Shown: one piece after another, positions 10,375 to 18,975 of the stretch
How positions within the stretch are numbered: the first letter of the stretch is position 1
Layout of the letters: every line of letters begins with the position of its first letter
Assembly (NCBI GenBank): GCA_027858615.1
Contig: JAQICJ010000214.1
Span: 1 to 48,957 of the forward strand
Reading direction: 5' to 3'
Source: Deltaproteobacteria bacterium
GTDB lineage: Bacteria; Myxococcota_A; Polyangia; HGW-17
DNA length: 48,957 nt
Notes under the pieces: model-generated
Database searches by the model: none
Seen by the model: the letters and a program-made list of their open reading frames with translations, nothing else
What the model was told of the DNA's origin: nothing
Translations under genes and position numbers: made by a program

Positions 10375-11022
10375 TTACTGGTGGAGCCAAGTATACACCC
10401 AGGGGATGTTTTCAGCCTTTAATTCCAAAGGCGTCCAAGTTCTCCCCAGAACATAGTAGGGATCAATACTGTGTCCTCCGGCAATAAAACCAAGATGGAG
10501 ATGAGAGCCGGTGCTTCTCCCTGTAGAACCGGTAAGCCCGATTAAAGAACCTGCTTTGACATAATCTCCCGGGAAAACGAGGATTTCTGAAAGATGTGCA
10601 TATTGACTGATTAAATTGCCAGGATGTTCTATTTCAACCAGATTCCCAAACAACAGATGGTATTTGCAGGTAATGACTTTCCCTCTGGCAACGGCATAAA
10701 CCTCGGTACCCAGATCTTTAGCCATATCCAGACCTCGATGGTAGAGGACAGTTTTTAAAACAGGATGGATCCTGAAACCGTAATGGGAAGTTATTTTAAG
10801 ATCTTCATAAGGCCAGATAACCGGAAAGGGTGATTTGCGTAAAACCCGTCGAGAAATCTGCTTCTTCTCGTCGGGTGCTGATGAAACCAGGAGATCTCCG
10901 GAAACAACAGCCTGAACCTTTTGAAGATCTTCTTTTTGTATTTCAATCATCTTTTCAGAAGATTCCGAGCAGGACACCAGTAAAACAAAACTGAGACATC
11001 CTGTTAAAAATTTCATGATCAT
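10375..11022 (-). CDS. M23 metallo-endopeptidase, predicted lipoprotein
   Basis: ITSHYGFRIHP, HRGLD, YAHL, TGRSTGSHLH; lipobox LVSC. Confidence 0.92.
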   Translation of the reverse strand: MIMKFLTGCLSFVLLVSCSESSEKMIEIQKEDLQKVQAVVSGDLLVSSAPDEKKQISRRVLRKSPFPVIWPYEDLKITSHYGFRIHPVLKTVLYHRGLDMAKDLGTEVYAVARGKVITCKYHLLFGNLVEIEHPGNLISQYAHLSEILVFPGDYVKAGSLIGLTGSTGRSTGSHLHLGFIAGGHSIDPYYVLGRTWTPLELKAENIPWVYTWLHQ

Positions 11023-12755
11023 TTTATAACCTGTTCAGGAATAGCCACCAGGGAAACAACTCGCTTATCTCCTCCACAAATGAAAGTAAGATCGGAAAGG
11101 CCGTCCCCATTGACATCTTTTGTTGACAATGCAAGGGGAGAAGAACATTCATTCCAGGAAAAAGATTCAGAAAAACTCAAATCAGCGGTTCCCAGAAAAG
11201 TAGAAACGATGCCACTGACAGGAAAGAGCAGAACAAGATCAAGAAAACCGTCGTCATTGAGATGGGCTGTTTTTATCTGAAAAGCCTTTTCAGAAAGACC
11301 GAACTGACTTCTGTAGGAAAGACCTTCAGCCAGACCAAAATAAACGTAAAAATAAGGTTCAAGCAAATCAGTGACAATAATATCTTTGTATCCGTCGCCG
11401 TCGAGATCTGCAATTTGCATATCCCCCGGGGTCCCCCCGAGATAACGGGCAGTATGATAAGAAAACTGATCCTCTCCGAGACCCAGGATAACTGCAACCA
11501 TCTGGGAAGCTCTTCTGACAATTGCAATATCTGCAAAGCCATCTGTATTAAACTCGAAGGCGCCCAGATCACCGGGTTGTCCCCCCAGAGTAATCAAATC
11601 CAGCAAAGCTGGTTCTGAATATCGAAATGCCATAATTTTTTGAGAAGGATTGGCTGAAAAGACAACTTCTTCTTCACCATCCCTGTCAATATCGATGGCT
11701 GTAAAAGAATAAGGAACTTCAGAACTTGAAATTTCTTCAAACTGGGTATTGTAATCAGGAGAATAACTGTATATTACCGTTCCGTCGGAAGTTAAAGAAG
11801 CGGCAACAATCCCTGCAGGAAGCAGGGAATCGTGTTTGAAAGAAGTGCATTTTATAACGGGATTGGAAATAAGAGTAATTGCCGTTTCAGGATTGGAAGA
11901 AAGGATCAAGGAAAGACTTCCTGAAACATGATCGGCAGCAAGAGTAGCAACCAGCAAGTCCCTGATTCCATCTCCGTCAAAATCATCAACAGCCAGATCT
12001 ACTGGTTGCCAGGGAAAAGTTTTATCGATAAAAACTTGATAATTTCCACTTGATTTTTGACAATTATGACATCCGTCTTCTTTGATATCATTGCCATCAT
12101 CACAACTTTCACCAGGATCTATCAGGCCATTGCCGCAACCCAGATTGCATCCGGAAAAATCATATTGACAAACCGAACTGCACCTAACTACTCCCCCTTC
12201 AAATCCAGCCTCAACACAATCGAACTCTATTTCTGCAGTTCCATCGCATTGCTCGCCTGGATCAACAATATTGTTTTGGCAACCATTGATACAAGCAGAA
12301 AAGTCATAAGTACAATCAAAATTGCATTCCAATTCACCGGAATCAAAACCAAAAGCATAACAGTCGACTCCGCCCACATCGTTGAGATCACAGTCTTCTC
12401 CGCCTTCTGCAGTCCCATTACCGCAGACACTGCAAAGAGAATAATCGAAGGTGCAGTCATCATTGCAGGAAAGTTGTCCACGATCATAGCCCAGCAAGGA
12501 GCAGGTTTTCTGATCAAGTTGAAAACCATCACATTCTTCCTCGCTGTCTTTTATTCCATCCCCACAATATGGTTTTGTGCAATCGGAACGGCAGGCATCA
12601 GCTACCAGATCTGAGTTGGCAAAGCCCTTATCGCATTCTTCTCCTTTGTTCAACTCCCCATTTCCGCAATAACCATAAGTAAGATCGTCGGCATCACAAG
12701 AATTGATCAAAATCAGAAAGGCAAATAATGGAAACTTCTTCAAAATATCAAACAT
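11019..12755 (-). CDS. Lipoprotein with myxobacterial-type Cys-rich repeats and FG-GAP/VCBS repeats
   Basis: Lipobox INSC; repeated CGNG..GExCD; DFDGDGIRDL, DIDRDGEEE, DLDGDGYKDI, DVNGDGLSDL. Confidence 0.85.
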   Translation of the reverse strand: MFDILKKFPLFAFLILINSCDADDLTYGYCGNGELNKGEECDKGFANSDLVADACRSDCTKPYCGDGIKDSEEECDGFQLDQKTCSLLGYDRGQLSCNDDCTFDYSLCSVCGNGTAEGGEDCDLNDVGGVDCYAFGFDSGELECNFDCTYDFSACINGCQNNIVDPGEQCDGTAEIEFDCVEAGFEGGVVRCSSVCQYDFSGCNLGCGNGLIDPGESCDDGNDIKEDGCHNCQKSSGNYQVFIDKTFPWQPVDLAVDDFDGDGIRDLLVATLAADHVSGSLSLILSSNPETAITLISNPVIKCTSFKHDSLLPAGIVAASLTSDGTVIYSYSPDYNTQFEEISSSEVPYSFTAIDIDRDGEEEVVFSANPSQKIMAFRYSEPALLDLITLGGQPGDLGAFEFNTDGFADIAIVRRASQMVAVILGLGEDQFSYHTARYLGGTPGDMQIADLDGDGYKDIIVTDLLEPYFYVYFGLAEGLSYRSQFGLSEKAFQIKTAHLNDDGFLDLVLLFPVSGIVSTFLGTADLSFSESFSWNECSSPLALSTKDVNGDGLSDLTFICGGDKRVVSLVAIPEQVIK

Positions 12756-12823
12756 ACTTAAATCTATAGCTGATTTGTCCCCACCTGGTCAAGAAATAAT
12801 AATAATGAATTGATATTTTCATT

Positions 12824-13249
12824 TTAATGAGAATATGGTTCCCCATCCAAAATAGATAAAGCTCTGTAAATTTGTTCAACCAGAATCAGACGAGCCATCC
12901 GATGTGGAAAAGTTAAAGGAGACAGAGAAATCTTTCTGTCACCTCTGGCAAGCAGCTCATTTTCAAAACCATAAGCTCCACCAATTATAAATACAACATC
13001 TTCTTGACGTTTATTCAGATAATATTTGAGTAAATGAGCAAATTTTACTGAGGATTTGGGCATCTTGGCACCTGCATTCATCAATACTACAAACCATTGA
13101 TCTTTTAAATCATTCAATAGTGCTTTCTGATCAGAAAAATTCCTGTAGATGAAAGGAATTTTTCTGTGAATGCGTTGCTCAAATTCACCACACAAAGCAG
13201 AATATTCATCTGTCTTATTTTTTCCAACGGTGTATAAGCGTAATTTCAT
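12824..13249 (-). CDS. rlmH: 23S rRNA m3Psi1915 methyltransferase RlmH
   Basis: FIIGGAYG, LSPLTFPHRMARLILVEQIYRA, PYSH. Confidence 0.96.
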   Translation of the reverse strand: MKLRLYTVGKNKTDEYSALCGEFEQRIHRKIPFIYRNFSDQKALLNDLKDQWFVVLMNAGAKMPKSSVKFAHLLKYYLNKRQEDVVFIIGGAYGFENELLARGDRKISLSPLTFPHRMARLILVEQIYRALSILDGEPYSH

Positions 13250-13260
13250 AACAAAAATGG

Positions 13261-13290
13261 GAACTATTTAGAACTATTTAGAACTATTTA
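13261..13290. repeat. Tandem repeat (GAACTATTTA)x3
   Basis: Read directly in the rsfS-rlmH spacer. Confidence 0.9.
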
Positions 13291-13296
13291 CGTGAG

Positions 13297-13647
13297 CTAT
13301 TCAAGATTGCTTTTCTCAAAGGCTTCGGAGTTTTGATAAAGAGAATCCAGTTCATAATATTCTCTGGCTTCTTCAGTAAAAATATGAACAACAATTGTTC
13401 CGGTATCAACTAGAATCCAATTGCTGCCTCCCTTGCCTTCAACTCCGATTATATCTTCTCCGGCTTCAAAAAGTTCTTTCTCAACCTCATCGGCTAAAGC
13501 CTTCAGTTGGGGACTTGAACTTCCTGAAACTATGATGATGTAATCTGTGAATCCTAAAAAGGAACCTACTTCATAAAGTTGAATATTTTTGCCTCTTTTG
13601 TTTTCAAGAGCTTTAACTGCTGTTTTTGCTGTTTTTAATGCTATCAT
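13297..13647 (-). CDS. rsfS: Ribosome silencing factor RsfS
   Basis: WILVDTGTIVVHIF..EAREYYELDSL; next to rlmH. Confidence 0.95.
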   Translation of the reverse strand: MIALKTAKTAVKALENKRGKNIQLYEVGSFLGFTDYIIIVSGSSSPQLKALADEVEKELFEAGEDIIGVEGKGGSNWILVDTGTIVVHIFTEEAREYYELDSLYQNSEAFEKSNLE

Positions 13648-13705
13648 AGTGTTTCTTATATAAACCTTCTGAAATAAAATACAAAGTTTAATTCAAATAA
13701 TCCAA

Positions 13706-13749
13706 AAACTCTTACTCAGTTACAAATCCCCATTCTGGGGGTAAAAGTT
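13706..13749 (-). mobile_element. Eroded MITE remnant (one end)
   Basis: AAACTCTTACTCAGTTACAAATCCCCATTCTGGG versus copy 1 AAACTTCTCATTCAGTCAAAAACCCCCATTCTGGG. Confidence 0.6.
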
Positions 13750-13815
13750 GGTTAAAATGACTTTTTACCATAATTTTATTTAATTTAAATTGCAAAGTTG
13801 TCCTGGTTGGAAAAA

Positions 13816-14412
13816 TCAAAATCCGTGAAGACGCAATTGTTCCAGGAGATAGTGTAGAATTCTGGCTGTCACGCCCCAGATTGTGTAACCTCCATCATCA
13901 GAAGCAATGGAATAGGTTAATTTTTGCAAAGTTGGAATGGTTTTGGAAAATCCATTTTGGTAATGAATTCGACGCAGCTCAAACCAGGGGATTTTGATTA
14001 TCCGTTGTATCTCTCGGGGATCTGGAACCAGTTTTACTTTTATTTTGAGAAATCCCATGATTACTTCAATGTCAATATTATTTATGGTGGGAAAATGTCC
14101 GAGTGAAGCTTTGTAAACAAGATCATCACTGTCAATTCCAAGTTCTTCTTTAACCTCACGATAGGCAGCCTGCTTGGCTGATGGGTCTTTGCTTTCAATA
14201 TGCCCACCAGGGAGAGCAATCTGATTTCTCCAGGGATATCCCGGAATGTCTTTCTTGTGGATGGCAAGTATTCCGGGTGAAAGTTCATGATAAAAAATCA
14301 AAAAAACTGCAGCTCTTCTTGGTCGCAAATAATCTGGATACAAAGCCTGCTTTACTCTGGGCAGAATTTCAACAAATTCATTGAAATCAAAATTGATATC
14401 ATTATGCTCCAC
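13816..14412 (-). CDS. Nudix hydrolase, CoA pyrophosphatase-like
   Basis: QIALPGG, AAYREVKEELG Nudix box, IWGVTARIL. Confidence 0.9.
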   Translation of the reverse strand: MEHNDINFDFNEFVEILPRVKQALYPDYLRPRRAAVFLIFYHELSPGILAIHKKDIPGYPWRNQIALPGGHIESKDPSAKQAAYREVKEELGIDSDDLVYKASLGHFPTINNIDIEVIMGFLKIKVKLVPDPREIQRIIKIPWFELRRIHYQNGFSKTIPTLQKLTYSIASDDGGYTIWGVTARILHYLLEQLRLHGF

Positions 14413-15430
14413 TTTTCTTTTCCTTTATTGATGGATCTCCCAGCAAATAAGCTATTCCCCGAGTCTGAGGTCTGGATTCGAGAAAAATTTTCACCATTGC
14501 TGTCAAAGGAACAGATAAAAACATGCCAACCGGTCCTAAAACCCAACCCCAGAATACCATGGATATAAATACTACGGCAGGACTCAACCCGGTACCATGT
14601 CCCATCACCCTTGGTTCAATAAAATTACCAAGTATAAGATTGGTAAGCAAAAAACCAATTCCAACCAGGAGGGCTCCAATAGAACCGTGGGTGATCAAGG
14701 CTAAAATTACTGCCGGAATAGCTGCCAGAAAAGAACCAATATTTGGAATATAATTCATTAAAAAAGCGAGCAAACCCCAAAATAGGGGAAAATCCAATCC
14801 AACAACAAGGGTCCATAAAGTAATGATTATCCCGGTAAAAAGTGAAACAAGAGTTTTTATTCCTATATAGCGGAGCATTTTGGCCGAAATCTCATTAAAT
14901 TGCTCCAGCGCTTTGGGATTATCGGGAAATCCGTTCTTAATCCTTCCCGGAATAGACTTGATTTCCAGGAGAATGAAAATAGCAACCAGCCACATTAGAA
15001 ATAACTGGGAGATCATATTACCCAGACTTTGCAAAAAACCACTGGCAAAACCGAGAAACTTTTTTGATTCCAAAATTGCCGGCACTGTATTTTTACTGAG
15101 GGAAAATCCGAGATTTTTCAGGTAAACAACAGCAGTTTTTGTAATTTCTTGATATTGTTCTGTGTAAAACGGCAAACGATTTGTGAATTGATTGATAGTG
15201 GAGGCAATAATCAGGGAAAAGCCCAAACCTCCCCCTATAATTGCTGTAATTACTATGACCAGAGCAAGCCATAAAGGAATATTTTTTTTCTCCAGCCAAT
15301 AAAATAACGGGGCCAGAATGATGGCAAAGAACATTCCCAGAAGAACAGGGGTCAAAAAAACCGCAGACAGTTTGATTCCTCCGATAATTATAATTACAGC
15401 TGCTATTTTGATAGTAAGGGGATATTTCAT
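14402..15430 (-). CDS. AI-2E family transporter (YhhT/TqsA-like)
   Basis: Multiple TM helices; NYIPNIG, IEPRVMG, WGWVLGPVGMFLSVPLT; likely start ATG 15430. Confidence 0.92.
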   Translation of the reverse strand: MKYPLTIKIAAVIIIIGGIKLSAVFLTPVLLGMFFAIILAPLFYWLEKKNIPLWLALVIVITAIIGGGLGFSLIIASTINQFTNRLPFYTEQYQEITKTAVVYLKNLGFSLSKNTVPAILESKKFLGFASGFLQSLGNMISQLFLMWLVAIFILLEIKSIPGRIKNGFPDNPKALEQFNEISAKMLRYIGIKTLVSLFTGIIITLWTLVVGLDFPLFWGLLAFLMNYIPNIGSFLAAIPAVILALITHGSIGALLVGIGFLLTNLILGNFIEPRVMGHGTGLSPAVVFISMVFWGWVLGPVGMFLSVPLTAMVKIFLESRPQTRGIAYLLGDPSIKEKKSGA

Positions 15431-15547
15431 TGTTTGCCTTATGAACGGTTGGTTAACTGAAGGAAGTTGAAACAGATCAAAAATTGCCTCAAATAACACT
15501 GAATAAAACAAATACCTTCTCTTTTAAGATGAGAGAACTGGCAGAAT

Positions 15548-15922
15548 TCACTGATTCTCCCAGAGATAACTTTTTACCTGCAAAACTGATGGATTCATCA
15601 GAATTGTTCCATTGACATCCACAATGGGAATAATCAGTTGTTCATCCTCAGGAAAAACTGAATAAAACTTGAAATTCATTTCTTCATACAATTGTGCATT
15701 ATCATTCACATCATAAAATTCGTGATCAATATGGTTGATCTCCAAACCATTTGAAAGTGAAGTACAACGCCCGCAAGTACTTGAACCGTAAACCAGAACA
15801 ATATTTATTTCCTGGTTATTGCAATTTTCATCTTCACACTGAGACTCAGATGTACTGCAACCCACAGCAATAAAGCTAAAAAAGAAAAAATATATAAATG
15901 GATAAACTTTTTTTAAAATCAT
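15548..15922 (-). CDS. Glutaredoxin-like lipoprotein
   Basis: Lipobox AVGC; VYGSSTCGRC CxxC motif; cis-Pro-like IPIVDVNG; AGAGGT before ATG 15922. Confidence 0.78.
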   Translation of the reverse strand: MILKKVYPFIYFFFFSFIAVGCSTSESQCEDENCNNQEINIVLVYGSSTCGRCTSLSNGLEINHIDHEFYDVNDNAQLYEEMNFKFYSVFPEDEQLIIPIVDVNGTILMNPSVLQVKSYLWENQ

Positions 15923-16063
15923 TAAAATACCTCTGAAATATGCTGGATGCATATTTTACTTTCTTAAAAACAATGAAATGTTGAAAAATTTCTTTTCCAT
16001 GAGATAATATTTCGACATTTGGTGTATATACCAGACAATTTTTTCTAAACAAAGGGTCAAATC

Positions 16064-17284
16064 ATGAAACCAACAAGATTGTTTTTCAGTTTATGCTTAT
16101 TTTTTATTTTTTCAACTTTATCATGTGATTTTGAAAATGTGGGAAACAAAAGAAACACTACCTGTGATGATGGAACTGTCCCCGCCTGCAGGATGGAAGA
16201 ACCTGATTGTGAAACAGGAACTATCCTTGCCTGGCAAAACAATTGCTACCTGTGCGTTGATCCGGAAACCTGCCAGCCTCCCAATAACAACAATCAGAAT
16301 AATCAGAATGAATGCACCAGTGATGCAAATTGTGAAACAGATCAATATTGTAATCCCTGTGGGGCTTCCTCCTGCCCCGACTGTACCGATTGCATTCCCG
16401 CCTGTACTCAACATCAGTGTGAAACAGAAACTGAGTTGACCTGCTTCATGGCTCGACCCGACTGCGGCGAAGGCAGAACTTCTGTTATTCAAGATGGATG
16501 CTGGATCTGCGTCGATCTGATCAATTGCAACGAGGTCAGAAATACATCCTGTGATGACGGAACAGAAGTTTCCTGCTTAACGTTTGCAGAACCAGAGTGC
16601 CTCGAACATGAAATTCTGGCCATCAAGAACGAATGCTGGGCATGTGTCAACCCGCAAACTTGTGAGCCCTGGGGAGTAGCCAATTGTTACAACGATAGAG
16701 ACTGTCTTCCTGAAGATACCTGTAACCTGTGTGCATCTTCTTCTTGTCCTACCTGCGAAGATTGTGTTGGCGCCTGTATTCCCCACAATTGTCCCACCAA
16801 GTCTGAAACTGTATACAATTTTGTCCGTCCCCTGTGTGGAATAAACAAAGTTTCGGTAATCCTTGACGATCTCTGGGTCTGTGTCGATAACAACACCTGT
16901 GAGCAAGTCAGGGATGATTATTGCGATGACGGCACTGACCCCATCTGTGCCCAGGTTCCACCTACTTGCGAAGAATATGAAATTCTCGCCCATCAGAATA
17001 ACTGCTACGAATGTGTTAATCCAATCACTTGCAAACCTTGGGGAGAAGCAGGTTGCCAAAGCGATGCTGAATGTTCTATTTACGGATATTGTTCAGATTG
17101 TGCCACCAGTTCAGGGCCCAACGATGATGATTGTGTTGCTGGATGTCTGGCCCACAATTGTCCCACCGAATCTCAGGCCATTTGCGAAATGATCAGACCC
17201 GATTGCGGTCCCGATGAAGTGGCAATAGCAACAAACGGATGTTATGCCTGTGTTGATATCAACACCTGTGAACCCGTGTATTGA
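16064..17284 (+). CDS. Cys-rich lipoprotein with three ~125-aa repeats
   Basis: Lipobox TLSC; three units starting CDDGT; 56 Cys in the repeats. Confidence 0.88.
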   Translation: MKPTRLFFSLCLFFIFSTLSCDFENVGNKRNTTCDDGTVPACRMEEPDCETGTILAWQNNCYLCVDPETCQPPNNNNQNNQNECTSDANCETDQYCNPCGASSCPDCTDCIPACTQHQCETETELTCFMARPDCGEGRTSVIQDGCWICVDLINCNEVRNTSCDDGTEVSCLTFAEPECLEHEILAIKNECWACVNPQTCEPWGVANCYNDRDCLPEDTCNLCASSSCPTCEDCVGACIPHNCPTKSETVYNFVRPLCGINKVSVILDDLWVCVDNNTCEQVRDDYCDDGTDPICAQVPPTCEEYEILAHQNNCYECVNPITCKPWGEAGCQSDAECSIYGYCSDCATSSGPNDDDCVAGCLAHNCPTESQAICEMIRPDCGPDEVAIATNGCYACVDINTCEPVY

Positions 17285-17464
17285 ATCCCACATTAGTTTG
17301 TTGAATTTTAGGGGGTAATTTTCAGAATGTTTTGAAATTGTGGTTGAGAATTTCGCTTTAATTTGAAATCTGTGATAATTTCCAAAAAGAAAAAACAGTT
17401 GGGGCAAATAACAAGTAATATCATACTTTTACCCCAACCTACTCTAATAGAAAGAGTTGGATTA

Positions 17465-17790
17465 ATGGCAATTAAAAATAATGTCTCAGTCAATGAATTA
17501 ATTGCTCAAGGTAAAAATTTTCCCTGGAAAAAGCCACTTTGTCCCAATTGTAATTCCCATCTGTGGTGGCATGGCTTTGTTCTGGCTTTCTTTTCAATAT
17601 TTTGGGAGCTATCGGTCTGGTTACCGGTGAAGTCGGATCCGGCAAATCACCTTCTTGTTACGGACACTCAGGGACGCTATGAGGATAAATACAAGTTGTG
17701 GAAAAAAGGCCGACCGTGAAGTTGTATTTCCGGCAGGTACATATGGGATGGTTCATTTTCACAGGGCGAGAGTAGCCAGCAGCCCCTGGA
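17465..17790 (+). pseudogene. Chimeric transposon remnant: DUF6431-like Zn-finger fragment plus frameshifted RAYT/Y1-like C-terminus
   Basis: GKNFPWKKPLCPNCNSHLWWHGFV, then YKLWKKG/(+1)DREVVFPAGTYGMVHFH; family resemblance from memory. Confidence 0.55.
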
Positions 17791-18115
17791 TTTTTAAGAA
17801 GAGGTCTGAAAATCCAGAGATTGAAAAAAAAAACGTCAGAGGGAATAGACCGGTCATATTTCCGAAGGAAGGGAGTTTACCTGCTTTTAGTTTATCGAGG
17901 AAATGTCCAGGCAACAGAAGAAGGGAAATATAATTTTGGAGGGTGAGGAAAACATAACCTCGTTAGGAAGGAAAAAAAAGGGAGGGGAATGGAATAAAGT
18001 AGGGAAAAGAAAGTAAAAGAAAAAATGGAGGCTGATAAAACAATATCTTGAGATATATTTCATATTTTAGATTATTCTGGTAATTTAAAGATACAAGAAA
18101 ACTAAACTGAAAGGT

Positions 18116-18964
18116 ATGTTTATGAATGAAATTTTGTTTGTTTTTTTAAGTGTTTTTTCTACTTCAGCAAACACAAAAGTATTTAATTTAAAAAATAGTT
18201 TGCCGAAAATTGCAGAAAAAGAAAATTTTAGTTTTAGTATTGAAACAAATGGGGAAATAAAGATTGTAAATAAAGGAAAGCAAATTACAGTCCCGTTGTT
18301 AAAAATTCAGAATCCCCAATTAAATTCTGATAGTTATTCATTATGGGGAAAAATTAGATATACAGGAGTTGAAAAAAACAGCTATTTAGAACTCTGGAAT
18401 GTGTTTGGGAAAAGGAAATTCTTTACGCTTACTAAAGATGGAAGTGGTTTCATGAAAAATATATCAGGAAATTCTGAATATAGAAATTTTTCACTACCCT
18501 TCAATCAAGCAAACTCCATGTTAAAATTGAAAATGCTTCAGTTGAACCTTGTAATCATGGGAGAAGGGGAAATCATTTTTTCTCCTCAGGTATATTTGGT
18601 AGATGGTACAAAAAATCCTTATAAAGAGATCAAAAAAAGATCTGTAAAAAACTTGCCTTGGTGGGATGATGATACAGGAGGTTATATTGGTGGATTACTG
18701 GGGCTATTAATAGGTTTATGTGGTGCTGTAAGTGCATATTTTATTCATAAAGGCAAACAATATCGATTGGTCAAGATTTGTATCGGAGTGATCCTTGTTA
18801 TTGCTTTGGCAAGTTTAATTGCCGGAATAAGTGCATATTTTTGCAACCAGCCTTATGTTGTTTATTATCCGATGTTGCTTTCAGGGTTTATTTCAGTTTT
18901 TGTTTTTGGTTTTCAAGCATTAGTAGCAAAAAAACAATTTGAGAGCACAACAAAAGAAGAATAA
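18116..18964 (+). CDS. Hypothetical membrane protein with 3 C-terminal TM helices, very AT-rich
   Basis: 282-aa ORF; signal-like start; YLELWN, LPF, WW..GGYIGGLLG. Confidence 0.8.
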   Translation: MFMNEILFVFLSVFSTSANTKVFNLKNSLPKIAEKENFSFSIETNGEIKIVNKGKQITVPLLKIQNPQLNSDSYSLWGKIRYTGVEKNSYLELWNVFGKRKFFTLTKDGSGFMKNISGNSEYRNFSLPFNQANSMLKLKMLQLNLVIMGEGEIIFSPQVYLVDGTKNPYKEIKKRSVKNLPWWDDDTGGYIGGLLGLLIGLCGAVSAYFIHKGKQYRLVKICIGVILVIALASLIAGISAYFCNQPYVVYYPMLLSGFISVFVFGFQALVAKKQFESTTKEE

Positions 18965-18975
18965 CCCCGTTAAGT

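Noticed and set aside
13261-13290. CRISPR array
   Set aside because: 10-bp units with no spacers, and no cas genes in the window
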